A DNA stretch of 64,000 bases, taken from Rhodothermales bacterium (GTDB lineage Bacteria > Bacteroidota > Rhodothermia > Rhodothermales > JANQRZ01). Both the position numbers and the translations under genes were made by a program. The stretch spans positions 82,414 to 146,413 of the forward strand of contig CBDCBW010000009.1 of the NCBI GenBank assembly GCA_965214485.1, written 5' to 3'. How positions within the stretch are numbered: the stretch's first letter is position 1; each line of letters starts with the position of its first letter. Of the stretch, positions 1 through 10,658 are shown one piece after another. The notes beneath the pieces are model-generated. The model searched no databases. It was not told the origin of the DNA and worked only from the letters and a program-made list of their open reading frames with translations.

Positions 1-1674
1 CCGAACTTCGCGGCGAAGCGCTACGTCGAGGGCGCGGCACCCGGCGAGACGACGCTGGCGCTCCAGCCGCTGCGAGCCGTGCACCTCAGCCCCGAGGTGC
101 GCGGCGGGATCGTCGCCCCCGGCAACCCGCTCCACGCGGCGGTGCTGGGCGGGATCGCGGTGCTCGTCCTCCTGATTGCCTGCATCAACTTCACGACGCT
201 CGCGCTCGGGCGTTCGGTGCGGCGCGCACGCGAGGTCGGCATCCGCAAGACGCTCGGGGCGCACCGGGGGCAGGTCCGGGGGCAGTTCTGGGGCGAGGCG
301 CTCGTGACGACGGCCGCCGCGTCGCTCGCCGCTGTCGCGCTCGCCGCGCTCTTCCTGCCCACGTTCAACCGGCTCACCGGCCTCGCGCTCACCCTCAGCC
401 CGTTGATGCAGCCGGCGGCGACCCCCGCCTTCCTCGGGCTGATCGTCGTCGTGGCGTTCCTCGCCGGGAGCTACCCGGCGCTCGTGCTCTCGCGGATGCG
501 GCCGGCCTCGGTGCTGAAAGGGCGGCTCGGGCTGGGCGGGACGCGGTTTGCCCGCGCGCTCGTCGTCGTGCAGTTCGCGCTCTCGATCGCGCTCGTCGCC
601 GTCACCGTGATCGTGTCGGCGCAGGTGCGCTTTCTCGCTACGGCACCGCTGGGCTTCGAGCAGGACGGCGTCGTCGTCCTGAAGATGGGCAGCTCGGACG
701 CGGGCAAAGCAATTTACCCCCGCCTACGCGACGAGCTGGCCGGCCACGCGGCGGTGCGCGGCCTCGCCGGGTCTATGGTGGTCCCGTTCGACGCGCGCGG
801 CTGGCCGGCCCAACTTCAACTCGGCGACACGGCGGCGGTGATCGTGCAGATGAACTCGGTGGACGAGCACTTCGTGGAGACGCTCGGGATGGAGATTGTC
901 GCCGGGCGAGGCTTTGCCGAGGCCCGCGTCGCCGCCGACCGCGTGCCGGTCCTGGTCAACGAGACGCTGATGCGGGCGCTCGGGTGGACGGACTTTCGCG
1001 GCAAGCAACTCCCGCTGCAGGCTGGCATCGTCAACGCCGAGCGGGCCGAGATCGTCGGCGTCGTGCGGGACTTCCACATCCAGCCGCTCCACGAGCCGGT
1101 GGAGCCGGTGATCTTGGTCTCGGAGGTCGAGGGCGGCGTGCTCGCCGCCTCGGTGCGCCTCGCGTCCGGCGACGTGGGACGCGGGCTCGACGCGCTCGAA
1201 GCGGCGTGGGGCCGGGCGGCTCCGGGCGCACCGTTCGAGCCGGTCTTCCTCGACGAGGTTGTGGAGGCGAAGTACCAAGCCGAGCGGCGGTGGCACATGC
1301 TCCTGCGTTGGGCGACAGGCTTCGCGCTCTCGATTGCCGGATTCGGCCTTCTCGGCGTGGCGGCGCTCTCGGTCGCTGGGCGGACGAAGGAGATCGGCAT
1401 CCGCAAAGTGCTCGGCGCGAGTGCGGCTGGGATCGTCGCGCTGGTCTCCACCGACTTTCTCAAGCTCGTCGCGCTCGGCTTCGTGCTGGCGTCGCCGGCG
1501 GCATGGCTGGCGGCGGAGCGTTGGCTGGAGGACTTCGCGTACCGCGTCGAACTCGGGCCGGGCCTGTTCCTCATTGCCGGAGGTCTTGCGCTCGTCGTCG
1601 CCGTCCTCGCCGTGGGCACCCACGCCCTCCGCGCCGCGACCGCCGATCCCGTCAAGTCGCTGCGGTACGAGTGA
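1..1674 (+). CDS. MacB/FtsX-type ABC transporter permease, 5' end outside window
   Basis: Frame 1 is open from nt 1 (PNFAAKRYVEG...) into listed ORF 79..1674. It has FtsX-type hydrophobic blocks, KEIGIRKVLGA motif and C-terminal ...ATADPVKSLRYE* shared with the downstream paralogs. Confidence 0.85.
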   Translation, partial: PNFAAKRYVEGAAPGETTLALQPLRAVHLSPEVRGGIVAPGNPLHAAVLGGIAVLVLLIACINFTTLALGRSVRRAREVGIRKTLGAHRGQVRGQFWGEALVTTAAASLAAVALAALFLPTFNRLTGLALTLSPLMQPAATPAFLGLIVVVAFLAGSYPALVLSRMRPASVLKGRLGLGGTRFARALVVVQFALSIALVAVTVIVSAQVRFLATAPLGFEQDGVVVLKMGSSDAGKAIYPRLRDELAGHAAVRGLAGSMVVPFDARGWPAQLQLGDTAAVIVQMNSVDEHFVETLGMEIVAGRGFAEARVAADRVPVLVNETLMRALGWTDFRGKQLPLQAGIVNAERAEIVGVVRDFHIQPLHEPVEPVILVSEVEGGVLAASVRLASGDVGRGLDALEAAWGRAAPGAPFEPVFLDEVVEAKYQAERRWHMLLRWATGFALSIAGFGLLGVAALSVAGRTKEIGIRKVLGASAAGIVALVSTDFLKLVALGFVLASPAAWLAAERWLEDFAYRVELGPGLFLIAGGLALVVAVLAVGTHALRAATADPVKSLRYE

Positions 1675-1688
1675 TGAACGAGACCCCC

Positions 1689-2081
1689 TCAGTACGCCGC
1701 CACCGCCACGTCGGTCTGGCCGAAGTCGGACCCGACGAAGAGGAGCGGCTCGGCGAGCGCGGTGGCGAGCGCGTAGGCGAAGCAGTCGCCGTAGTTGAGA
1801 CCCGCCGGGTGCTGCCCTTTCCCGAAGCGGCGGAAGGCCTCGCGTGCGAGCGCCGCGTGCGCAGCCGTCAGCGGCAGAATCTCTATCTCGGACCGGGCCA
1901 GGAGCGCGTCGAGCGTTTCGCCACCCACATCGCCGTGCTGCCCCTGCATCACAATCCCCGCTTCGACGAGGGTCGCCGCCGACATCCGCCGCGCAGACGC
2001 ATCGCGGATGGCGCGCGCGAGTGCTCTGTGCTGAGGCTCCTCCTGCAAAATGGCGACGAGGGCCGACGTGTCAATAACCAT
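1689..2081 (-). CDS. vapC: PIN-domain ribonuclease toxin VapC
   Basis: 130 aa. MVIDTSALVAIL N-terminus and ...LNYGDCFAYALA... are typical PIN acidic-residue contexts. ATG lies 5 nt after the stop of the upstream antitoxin gene on the same strand. Confidence 0.85.
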   Translation of the reverse strand: MVIDTSALVAILQEEPQHRALARAIRDASARRMSAATLVEAGIVMQGQHGDVGGETLDALLARSEIEILPLTAAHAALAREAFRRFGKGQHPAGLNYGDCFAYALATALAEPLLFVGSDFGQTDVAVAAY

Positions 2082-2086
2082 TTGTG

Positions 2087-2338
2087 TCAGGTGGGGAGGC
2101 CGTTCTCGTCGTACCCGATGATCTCGTCGGGCGTGCGGTCGTCAAGAACCGGGGCCTGGGCGAGGCGGGCTTGGATGCGGGCGATGTCGTCCTCAAAGCT
2201 GTCTCGGTTCCACCCGGTTTCGCGGACGAGCCGCTCGCGGATGGCGTTCAAGACGGCCTCGGTGAGGCTTTCGCCGGTGACGCGCGCGAGCTGGCGCGCG
2301 AGGCGGTCGGCCTCGGGGTTTTTGATGCTCAGAGCCAT
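2087..2338 (-). CDS. vapB: VapB-type antitoxin
   Basis: 83 aa from the internal ATG at 2338 ([37 protein letters not shown]...). The listed ORF 2087..2440 has an unsupported N-terminal extension. Tightly coupled to vapC. Confidence 0.75.
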   Translation of the reverse strand: MALSIKNPEADRLARQLARVTGESLTEAVLNAIRERLVRETGWNRDSFEDDIARIQARLAQAPVLDDRTPDEIIGYDENGLPT

Positions 2339-2438
2339 GGCAAATCGCGGGGTAGAAAACGGGCCGGATTCTACCTCGGGTTGGATCTCCAGTTCCGCCG
2401 CCCGGCCAGCACGTAACCAATAGCAACTGACCACTCCC

Positions 2439-4919
2439 ATGCTGACGAACTACTTCAAAGTCGCCCTCCGCACACTCCGCCGCCGCAAGGGGTATGCGTT
2501 CATCAACGTCGCCGGCCTCGCACTTGGCCTCGCGGGGTGCCTGCTGATCGGCCTCTACGTCCGCTACGAGCTGAGCTACGACCGCCACCACGCCGACGCC
2601 GAGCGCGTCTTCCGCGTGGTCCAGCACACGAACCCCGAGGGCACCGAGGGCATGGCGTGGGTCGGCGGCGCGATGGGTGCCGCGCTCCGCGCAGACTTCC
2701 CGCAGATCGCGTCGCTCGCCCGGCTCCTGCGCGAGAGCCGGGTCGTCGAGGTCGAGCGCGGCGGCGAGGTGCACCGCTTCGAGGAGCCGGACTTCGCCTG
2801 GGCCGACCCTACGGTGTTCGACGTCTTCTCGCTCCCGTTCGTGGAGGGCGACGCGGCGGCGCTCGACCGGCCGGGCACCGTCGTGCTCACCGAGACGACG
2901 GCCCGGAAGTATTTCGGCGATGAGAACCCGCTCGGGCGGACGCTCACCGTCGGCAAGCAGACGCTCACCGTGGCGGGCGTGATCGAGGACCTGCCCTCGG
3001 CGTCGCACATCCAGTTTGGGCTGCTGACCTCGATCGACACGTTCAAGCTGGAGCAGTGGGGCACGGCCGACGCCGAGTTCCAGAGCTACTGGTGGCCGAA
3101 CGCCTACACCTACGTCCGCCTCCGCGACGACGCCTCGGCCGAGGCGCTCGCGGCGGCGCTCCCCGCCTTCATCCGGCGGCACCGCGACGCGGCCGAGGCC
3201 GCGCAGTTCGTCCCCGCGCTCCAGCCGCTCGAATCCATCCATCTCCACTCCGACCTCGGCGGCGAGTGGCAGCCGGGCGGCGACGCCACGACGGTCACCG
3301 TCTTCGGCCTGATCGCGCTCTTCGTGCTCGGGATCGCGTGCGTCAACTTCATGAACCTCGCGACCGCGCGGGCGGCGGAGCGCGCGCGAGAGGTCGGCGT
3401 GCGCAAGACGGTCGGCGCGCGGCGCGGCCAGCTCGTGGCGCAGCACTTCGGCGAGTCGCTGCTCTTGAGCGCGCTCGCGCTCGGGGTGGCGGTCGCGCTC
3501 GTGGCCGTGCTGCTGCCGTTCTTCGGCGACCTCGCCGGCCGGCCTCTCGCGCTCGACTGGCGCGACCCCGGCGTGTGGGGGTGGACCATCGGCGCGGCGC
3601 TCGCGGCGGGGCTGCTGGCCGGGAGCTACCCGGCGGTCTACCTGTCGAGCTTCCGCCCGGCCGCCGTGCTGAAGGGCGGGCGCGCGGGCGGCGCACAGGG
3701 GGAGCGGCTGCGGCAGGGGCTCGTGCTCTTCCAGTTCACGCTCTCGGTCGCGCTCATCGCCGCGACCGTCGTCGCGTGGCAGCAGCTCGCCTACCTGCAG
3801 TCGGCGAGCCTCGGGTTCGACGAGGAGCACGTCGTCGTGGTCCAGAACAAAGGGGCCGATGCGGAGGTGCTGGCCGAGCGGCTGCGGCGCGTGCCGGGCG
3901 TCGTCGCCGTGGCCGAGGCCGAGCGCGCGCCGGGCTTCGGCTTCGGCGGCGCGCCCCAGGTCGAGCACCCGCCCTTCACCCCGGCCGAGCGCCTCAGCGG
4001 CGAGGGCGACCGCTTCAACCTCCAGCAGGTCGGCTTCGGCTACTTCGACCTCTTCGGGATCGACCTCGTCGCCGGGCGGACGTTCGACGCCGACCACCCG
4101 GCCGACCTCGGCGTGGCCGTCGAGCGCGAGGAGAACTTCGGCAACACGGCGCTCGACGGGCGGGCGTTCGTCGTCAACGAGGCGTTCGTGCGGGCCGAGG
4201 GCTGGACGCCGGAGGAGGCGCTCGGGCGCGAGCTGCGGCTGTTTTACTACGAGAACGGCACCACCTACATGGACCACCGGGGCGCAATCGTCGGCGTGGT
4301 GCGCGACTTCCACGCGGCCTCGTTCCGCTACGAGATCGACCCGCTCATCTTCACCCCGACGGCGTCGCCGGCCGGGACGATGGCGCGGACTACGTTCGCG
4401 AAGGTGCAGCCGGGCGACGCGGCGGCGACGATGGCCGCGCTCGAAGCGGCCTATGCCGAGGTCAACCCCGAGCGCGCGTTCGAGGCGGCCTTCCTCGACG
4501 CCGACCTCGACGCGCGCTACCGCTCGGAGCGCCGCGTGGGGACGATCATCGCCGTGTTCGCGCTCTTCGCGGTGGCGATCGCGTGCCTCGGGCTGTTCGG
4601 CCTCGCCGCCTACGCCGCCGAGCGGCGGACGAAGGAGATCGGGGTTCGCAAGACGCTCGGCGCGACGACGGCGAACCTCGTGGCCCTCCTCTCGCGCGAC
4701 TTCGTGCTGCTCGTCGCGGCGGCGGCGGCCGTGGCGACGCCGCTGGCGTGGCTGGCAATGGACCGCTGGCTCGACGCCTTCGCCTACCGCATCGAGATCA
4801 GGCCGGGGCTGTTCTTGGCTGTCGGGATGGGCGCGCTCGCGCTCGCGCTCCTGACCGTCAGCGGGCAGGCCCTCCGCGCCGCCCGCCGCAACCCGACCGA
4901 CGCGCTCCGATACGAATGA
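2439..4919 (+). CDS. MacB/FtsX-type ABC transporter permease (826 aa)
   Basis: N-terminus [30 protein letters not shown], a large periplasmic region, two FtsX 4-TM-like blocks, [11 protein letters not shown] / [11 protein letters not shown] motifs, C-terminal NPTDALRYE*. Confidence 0.9.
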   Translation: MLTNYFKVALRTLRRRKGYAFINVAGLALGLAGCLLIGLYVRYELSYDRHHADAERVFRVVQHTNPEGTEGMAWVGGAMGAALRADFPQIASLARLLRESRVVEVERGGEVHRFEEPDFAWADPTVFDVFSLPFVEGDAAALDRPGTVVLTETTARKYFGDENPLGRTLTVGKQTLTVAGVIEDLPSASHIQFGLLTSIDTFKLEQWGTADAEFQSYWWPNAYTYVRLRDDASAEALAAALPAFIRRHRDAAEAAQFVPALQPLESIHLHSDLGGEWQPGGDATTVTVFGLIALFVLGIACVNFMNLATARAAERAREVGVRKTVGARRGQLVAQHFGESLLLSALALGVAVALVAVLLPFFGDLAGRPLALDWRDPGVWGWTIGAALAAGLLAGSYPAVYLSSFRPAAVLKGGRAGGAQGERLRQGLVLFQFTLSVALIAATVVAWQQLAYLQSASLGFDEEHVVVVQNKGADAEVLAERLRRVPGVVAVAEAERAPGFGFGGAPQVEHPPFTPAERLSGEGDRFNLQQVGFGYFDLFGIDLVAGRTFDADHPADLGVAVEREENFGNTALDGRAFVVNEAFVRAEGWTPEEALGRELRLFYYENGTTYMDHRGAIVGVVRDFHAASFRYEIDPLIFTPTASPAGTMARTTFAKVQPGDAAATMAALEAAYAEVNPERAFEAAFLDADLDARYRSERRVGTIIAVFALFAVAIACLGLFGLAAYAAERRTKEIGVRKTLGATTANLVALLSRDFVLLVAAAAAVATPLAWLAMDRWLDAFAYRIEIRPGLFLAVGMGALALALLTVSGQALRAARRNPTDALRYE

Positions 4920-4982
4920 TGTGTGCGGGCGCATGGCCATGCGCCCCTACGCCAACCCTACCGTTCCCTCTACCCACCTGCC

Positions 4983-7409
4983 ATGCTGAACCATCATCTT
5001 CTCATCGCCCTTCGCAGCCTCCGCCGCCGGCCCGGCTTCGCCGCGCTCAGCGTGCTCGGCCTCGCCGTCGGCTTCGCGTGCTGCCTCCTGCTCGCGCTTT
5101 TCGTCGCCGACGAGCGGGGCTACGACCGCGCCTTCGAGGGGCGGAACGTCTACCGCCTGGTCAGCGACATCCAGCAGTCGGGCGACGCCGAGGCGCAGCG
5201 CTACGGGGCCGTCGGGTGGCCCTACGGCCGGACCATCGAGGCGACGATGCCCGAGGTCGAGGACGCGGTCTACCTCTTGGGGACGCCGGACCTCCCAATC
5301 CTGCACGCCGGCGAGCGGCTCTACGAAGACATCGTCTGGGCCGAGGCGGGCTTCTTCGAGACGTTCCCCGCCACGCTTGCCGAGGGCGACGCGGCGACGG
5401 CGCTCGACGAGCCGTTCTCGGTCGTCCTGTCGGACTCGCTCGCGCGCCGGCTCTACGGCGACGCCGACGCGCTCGGGCGGATGCTCACGCTCAGCGACTC
5501 GCTCGCCTTCACGGTGACGGGCGTCGTGGCGCGCACGTCTCCGCCGACGCACGTCCGGTTCGACCTCCTGGCCTCGCTCGGGACGGTGCGCGCGCTGTGG
5601 GGGCCGGAGGGCTTCGAGCGGCGGATGACCGAGGGCTGGCTCGACGTCAACATCGCCACCTACCTCCGCCTCCGCCCCGACGCCGATGCCGAGGCGCTCG
5701 CCGGCAAGCTCCGCGACCTCCCGGCCGAGCAGGCCGCCGGCCTGCTCCGCGAGTGGGGCTCGACGTACCACCTCGGCCTGCAACCGGCCGAGGCCGTCTA
5801 CCTCGGCGCGGGCGGCTACGGCAACCCCCTCGGGCCGCAGGGCGACGCCGGCCGCCTCGGCCTCCTCGCCGTGATCGGCGCGTTCATCCTGCTGCTGGCC
5901 GCGATCAACTTCGTCAACCTCGCCACGTCGCGGGCAGGGGAGCGCGCGAAGGAGGTCGGGGTGCGCAAGACGGTCGGCTCTGGGCGCGGGATGCTGGTGC
6001 GGCAGTTCCTCGCCGAGTCCGTCGTGACGGCGCTCGTGGCGGTGGCGCTCGCCTTCGCGCTCGCGGCGGTGGCGCTGCCGCTCTTCAACGGGCTGGTCGG
6101 GAAGGGGTATGGCCTCGCCGACCTCGCCGCGCCGCCGTTCGCGCTCGCCGCGCTCGGGGCGACGGTCGTGGTGGGGCTGCTCGCCGGGCTGTACCCCGCG
6201 CTCGTACTGGCGCGGTTCCAGCCCGCTGCCGTGCTGAAGGCGGGGGTCTCGACGGGCCGGCAGGGCGTCGCGTTGCGGCGCGGCCTGGTGGTGGTGCAGT
6301 TCGCCGTTGCGTGCGTGCTCCTCGTCGCCACGCTCGTGGTGCTCGCGCAGCTCCGGCACATGGAGCGCGAGGAGCTCGGCTTCGCCGAAGACCAGGTGCT
6401 CGTGGTCAACGCGTGGCGGAGTCCGGGGCAGGAGCGCGTCCTCCAGACCGAGGCCTTCAAGCAGGCGCTCGGCGCGCACGCCGGGGTCCGGCGCGTGTCG
6501 GCGGCGTTCGCGGTGCCGGGGCAGGACGGGTGGGGCGGGCAGATCGCCTTCCCCGAGGGCTGGCCCGAAGGCGAGAGCCTGGTCGTCGAGTACCTCCCCG
6601 TGGACGCCGACTACGTGGAGACGCTCGGGCTCGAGCTCGTCGCCGGGCGCGACTTCGACCCGGCGGTGGAGGCGGACGCCGGGCGAGCCCTGCTGATCAA
6701 CGAGGCGGCGGCGCGCGCGGCGGGGTGGACGGCGGCGGAGGCCGTCGGCAAGCGCTTCTCTTCGCCCGGCTCGACGGCGGCGGAGGTCGTGGTCGGCGTC
6801 GTGAAAGACCACCACCACCACGGGCTGCAGGCGGCGATCCGCCCGGCGCTGTACGGGATCACCCCGACGGCGTTCGGCGTCTTCGCGCTCCGGTTCGAGC
6901 CGGGGCAGGCGGGGGCCGTGCTCGCCCACGCCGAGGCGGTGTGGGCGGCGTTCTTCCCCGGCTACGCCTTCCGGCCTGAGTTTCTGGACGAGGGCTTCGC
7001 CGCGCAGTACGCCGCCGAGCGGCGGCTGGCGCGGACGTTCGCCGTCTTCGCCGGGCTGGCCGTCTTCGTGGCGTGCCTCGGGCTCTTCGGGCTGGCGGCG
7101 TACCTGGCGGTGCAGCGCACGAAGGAGGTCGGCATCCGCAAGGTGCTCGGCGCGAGCGTGGCGAGCCTGGTGGCGCTGCTGTCGAAGGACTTCGTCGTGC
7201 TCGTGCTCATCAGCTTCGCCGTGGCCGGGCCGGTTGCGTATCTCCTGATGCGCCGGTGGCTCGGCGGGTTCGCCTACCCGGTGGCGCTGGGGCCGGGGCC
7301 GTTCCTCCTCGCCGGCGGCCTCGCGCTCGCCGTGGCGCTCGTCGCCGTCGGCGTCCACGCCCTCCGCGCCGCCTCCGCCGACCCGGTGACCTCGCTCCGC
7401 TACGAGTGA
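4983..7409 (+). CDS. MacB/FtsX-type ABC transporter permease (808 aa)
   Basis: Start moved to ATG 4983 (MLNHHLLIALRSLRRRPGFAALSVLGLAVG), matching paralog N-termini. [11 protein letters not shown] / KEVGIRKVLGA motifs, C-terminal ADPVTSLRYE*. Confidence 0.9.
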   Translation: MLNHHLLIALRSLRRRPGFAALSVLGLAVGFACCLLLALFVADERGYDRAFEGRNVYRLVSDIQQSGDAEAQRYGAVGWPYGRTIEATMPEVEDAVYLLGTPDLPILHAGERLYEDIVWAEAGFFETFPATLAEGDAATALDEPFSVVLSDSLARRLYGDADALGRMLTLSDSLAFTVTGVVARTSPPTHVRFDLLASLGTVRALWGPEGFERRMTEGWLDVNIATYLRLRPDADAEALAGKLRDLPAEQAAGLLREWGSTYHLGLQPAEAVYLGAGGYGNPLGPQGDAGRLGLLAVIGAFILLLAAINFVNLATSRAGERAKEVGVRKTVGSGRGMLVRQFLAESVVTALVAVALAFALAAVALPLFNGLVGKGYGLADLAAPPFALAALGATVVVGLLAGLYPALVLARFQPAAVLKAGVSTGRQGVALRRGLVVVQFAVACVLLVATLVVLAQLRHMEREELGFAEDQVLVVNAWRSPGQERVLQTEAFKQALGAHAGVRRVSAAFAVPGQDGWGGQIAFPEGWPEGESLVVEYLPVDADYVETLGLELVAGRDFDPAVEADAGRALLINEAAARAAGWTAAEAVGKRFSSPGSTAAEVVVGVVKDHHHHGLQAAIRPALYGITPTAFGVFALRFEPGQAGAVLAHAEAVWAAFFPGYAFRPEFLDEGFAAQYAAERRLARTFAVFAGLAVFVACLGLFGLAAYLAVQRTKEVGIRKVLGASVASLVALLSKDFVVLVLISFAVAGPVAYLLMRRWLGGFAYPVALGPGPFLLAGGLALAVALVAVGVHALRAASADPVTSLRYE

Positions 7410-7460
7410 GGCCCGGCGCGCGAGGCGGTCCGCCTCGGGGTCCTCGATACTCAGCGCCAT
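7410..7460 (-). pseudogene. vapB antitoxin remnant (first ~17 codons only)
   Basis: Reverse strand from ATG 7460 reads [17 protein letters not shown], against [18 protein letters not shown] of the intact vapB at 2338. DNA gcgcgaggcggtcSgcctcgggg...gatRctcagMgccat is conserved, as are upstream gggtaga and ccggattct. It runs straight into the permease stop codon. Confidence 0.7.
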
Positions 7461-7522
7461 AGGACATTGGAGGGTAGACAAGAGGCTGAGTCCCACCCAG
7501 AGTCGGATACCCGGATTCTCCG

Positions 7523-7984
7523 TCAGCGGCTGTCCAGGGGCAGCGCGTAGTGCCAAAACTCGTCGTCGCGCTGGTAGCCGAGGGCGTCGTAGAGCGCCTG
7601 CGCCGACGTGTTCGTCCGCTCGGTCGCCAGGGCCACCTCGGCCGCGCCGGTCGAGGCCGCGAAGTCGTGGGCAGCGGCCATCAGCGCCCGCGCCACCCCC
7701 CGCCGCCGGGCGTCCTCGGCCACGAAGAGGTCGTTCAGGATCCACACCCGGCGCATCCGCACCGACGAGAAGAACGGGTAGAGCTGCGTAAACCCGGCCA
7801 GGCCGTCGGCCTCCGGCAGCGAGGCCACGAAGGTCACCGAGTCCTCGCGCTCGAATCGCTCGGCGAGGAAGCCGCGCGCCCCGGCAAGGTCCGAGGGTGT
7901 GCGGTAGAAGCGGCGGTAGGCGTCGAAGAGCGGCACGAGCGCGTCGAGGTGGCGGGCGTCGGCACGGGCGATAGTCACGGGCAT
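7523..7984 (-). CDS. GNAT family N-acetyltransferase (153 aa)
   Basis: From internal ATG 7984: MPVTIARADARHLDALVPLFDAYRRFY... It has an acetyl-CoA binding-like RRRGVARALMAAA motif and a typical GNAT length. Confidence 0.8.
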   Translation of the reverse strand: MPVTIARADARHLDALVPLFDAYRRFYRTPSDLAGARGFLAERFEREDSVTFVASLPEADGLAGFTQLYPFFSSVRMRRVWILNDLFVAEDARRRGVARALMAAAHDFAASTGAAEVALATERTNTSAQALYDALGYQRDDEFWHYALPLDSR

Positions 7985-8219
7985 GGAGGCACAGGGTGGA
8001 GGCACAGGGTGGAAGGGCTGGCTGCGAGGATACGCACACCCCTTGAAGGGCCGGGTCCGAAGGCGGACTGCGCGCTGGCGCACAGCCGGTGAGCGCTGGC
8101 GCACACCAGCGCCGCCGTGCAGCGCCGCCGATCCGCGCCTGGACCCCGGCGCAGGGCGGCGGCGCGGGTGGTGGCATGTGGCTTGTGCCGGCGTCTCGAA
8201 CCTGACACGCCCCGCCGCC

Positions 8220-10625
8220 ATGCTCCGCAGCTATCTCCGCATCGCCCTCCGCACCCTCCGCCGCCGCCCCGGCTACACCGCCCTCAACGTGCTTGGGCTC
8301 GCCGTCGGCTTCGCGTGCTGCCTGCTCATCGGGCTCTACGTCGAGGACGAGCTGAGCTACGACCGCTTCCACGCCGACGCCGAGGCGCTCGTGGCGGTCG
8401 GGCACCGGAGTCCGTTCTGGGGGGCGGGTCTGAACACGCCGTATCCGCTCGCCGAGACGCTCGCGGGCGTGCCCGGCGTGGAGCACACCGTCCGCATGGG
8501 CTTCGCCGCGCCGCGTCCCGTCACCGTGGAGCCGGGCCGGGAGCGGCACGAGCTGCGCGTGCTCCAGACCGACGCCGCCTTCTTCGAGGCCTTCACGTTC
8601 CCGCTCGCCCGCGGCGACGCCGCCGAGGTCCTCGCCGCGCCGGACGGAGCCGTGCTCACGGCCTCGGCGGCCCGCACGCTCTTCGGCGACGCCGACCCCG
8701 TGGGGCAGCGCCTCCTCGTCGAGCGCTACGACGAGCCGACCCCCGTGACCGTCACCGGCGTCGCCGCCGACGTGCCCACCGCCTCGACGATCCAGTTCGA
8801 CCTTGCGATCTCGCTGGAGACCGTCCCGGAGCACTTCCGGGGCGACGAGAACTGGGGCAACTTCTCGTACCAGACCTACGCCCGCCTCCGCGCGCCGGCG
8901 GACACGACCACGTTCAACCCCCGGCTCCGCCAGGCCCTCGCGGCGGCCCTCCCCGAGGGCCGCGAGGCCGGCGGCTTCTTCGCCGTCCCGCTCCCGTCGC
9001 TCTACCTCTCCGAGCTGCACGGTGCCGACGGCTTCCGGGGGCAGACGCGCTACCTGTACCTCTTCGGCTCGGTCGCGCTGTTCATCCTGCTCATCGCCGC
9101 GATCAACTACGTCAACCTGGTCACGGCGCTCGGGGCGCAGCGGGCGAAGGAGGTCGGCGTGCGGAGGACGCTGGGGGCGACGCGCGGCGCGGTGGCGCGG
9201 CAGCACTGGGGCGAGAGCGCACTCGTGAGCCTCCTCGCGCTCGGGCTCGCGTTCGTGCTCGCGGCGCTCGCGGTGCCCGCCTTCAACGGCCTGTTCGACA
9301 CGGCGCTCGCGCTCGATGTGGGCGCGCACGGGGCGGCCGTGCTCGCGCTCTCGGGGTTCGTCTTCGGGGTCGGCGTCCTGGCCGGGACGTACCCGGCGGT
9401 CGTGCTCTCGCGCTTCCGTCCGGTCGAGGTGCTGCGCGGGCGGGGCGAGCGCGGGCCGGGCGCGGCGCGGCTGCGGCGGGGCCTGGTGGTCGTGCAGTTC
9501 GCACTCACGGTCGCGCTCCTGGTCGCCACCGCGGCGGTCCACCGGCAGCTCGGGTACATGCAGGCGAAGGACCTCGGCTTCGACGGCGAGCAGGTCGTGG
9601 TGGTGGACCTCCCGGCGCGCCAGGCTGCACGCCTCGCCGAGCCGGTGCGGGAGGCGGCCCTGGCCCACCCCGCCGTCCTCGACGCCTCCGTCGCCGACGC
9701 CGTGCCGGGGCGCTTCCGGGTGCACCTCGGGCTCAAGCCGGAGGAGTTCTCGCCGGAGGCCGCGTCGCGAGAGGACCTCGTGCAGGTCGCCCCCGCCAAA
9801 GTCGACGCCGCGTTCGTCCCGACCCTCGGGCTGCGCCTCCTCGCCGGCCGCTCGTTCGACGCCGAGCGCGCCGGGGACCGGCAGCGCGCGCACGTGCTCA
9901 CGCGCACAGCGGCCGAGGCGTTCGGGTGGAGCCCGGCCGAGGCCGTCGGGCGGCCGTTCCGGGTCAGCGGCGGCGACACGCCGTTCGGCGAGGTGATCGG
10001 GGTCGTCGAGGACTTCCACATCGGCTCGCTCCACCACGCCCTCGAGCCCGTCGTCCTGGTGATGGAGAGCGAGGGGTTCTCGTCGAGCAGCGGCTTGGTC
10101 GCGGCCCGCCTCGCGCCGGAGGACGTGCGGGCGGGCGTGGCGCACCTCGAAGCCGTCGCGGCGCGGTTCGCGCCGGGCGAGCCGTTCGCGTACGAGTTCC
10201 TCGACGACGCCTTCGACGCGATGTACCGGAGCGAGGAGCGGCTGGCGCGGGTCTTCGGCCTGTTCGCCGGGCTCGCCATCTTCGTCGCGTGCCTCGGGCT
10301 CTTCGGCCTCGCCGCGTTCACGGCCGAGCGGCGGACGAAGGAGATCGGCATCCGCAAGGTGCTCGGGGCCGGGGTCGGCCACCTCGTCCTGCTCCTCTCG
10401 AAGGAGTTCGCCGCGCTCGTCGCCGTCGCGCTCGTCGTGGCCGGGCCGCTGGCCTACCTCGCCGTGGCCCGGTGGCTCGAGGACTTCGCCTACCGCGCCG
10501 AGATCGGGCCGGGCGTGTTCCTCTTTGCCGGCGGCCTCGCGCTCGCCCTCGCGCTCGTGACGGTGAGCTACCACGCCGTGCGCGCCGCCACCGCCGACCC
10601 GGTCCAGGCCCTGCGCTACGAGTAG
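8220..10625 (+). CDS. MacB/FtsX-type ABC transporter permease (801 aa)
   Basis: Start at ATG 8220 ([30 protein letters not shown]). KEVGVRRTLGA / KEIGIRKVLGA motifs, C-terminal ADPVQALRYE*. Confidence 0.9.
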   Translation: MLRSYLRIALRTLRRRPGYTALNVLGLAVGFACCLLIGLYVEDELSYDRFHADAEALVAVGHRSPFWGAGLNTPYPLAETLAGVPGVEHTVRMGFAAPRPVTVEPGRERHELRVLQTDAAFFEAFTFPLARGDAAEVLAAPDGAVLTASAARTLFGDADPVGQRLLVERYDEPTPVTVTGVAADVPTASTIQFDLAISLETVPEHFRGDENWGNFSYQTYARLRAPADTTTFNPRLRQALAAALPEGREAGGFFAVPLPSLYLSELHGADGFRGQTRYLYLFGSVALFILLIAAINYVNLVTALGAQRAKEVGVRRTLGATRGAVARQHWGESALVSLLALGLAFVLAALAVPAFNGLFDTALALDVGAHGAAVLALSGFVFGVGVLAGTYPAVVLSRFRPVEVLRGRGERGPGAARLRRGLVVVQFALTVALLVATAAVHRQLGYMQAKDLGFDGEQVVVVDLPARQAARLAEPVREAALAHPAVLDASVADAVPGRFRVHLGLKPEEFSPEAASREDLVQVAPAKVDAAFVPTLGLRLLAGRSFDAERAGDRQRAHVLTRTAAEAFGWSPAEAVGRPFRVSGGDTPFGEVIGVVEDFHIGSLHHALEPVVLVMESEGFSSSSGLVAARLAPEDVRAGVAHLEAVAARFAPGEPFAYEFLDDAFDAMYRSEERLARVFGLFAGLAIFVACLGLFGLAAFTAERRTKEIGIRKVLGAGVGHLVLLLSKEFAALVAVALVVAGPLAYLAVARWLEDFAYRAEIGPGVFLFAGGLALALALVTVSYHAVRAATADPVQALRYE

Positions 10626-10658
10626 AGTTTGATTATCGCTACGCCAACCCCTCCGCTC

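Noticed and set aside
7410-7984. GNAT gene plus adjacent vapB-like stub as a GNAT-type toxin-antitoxin pair
   Set aside because: The stub lies downstream of the GNAT gene, not upstream. It is homologous to the antitoxin of the PIN-type pair at 1689-2338, and the GNAT sequence looks like a generic acetyltransferase.
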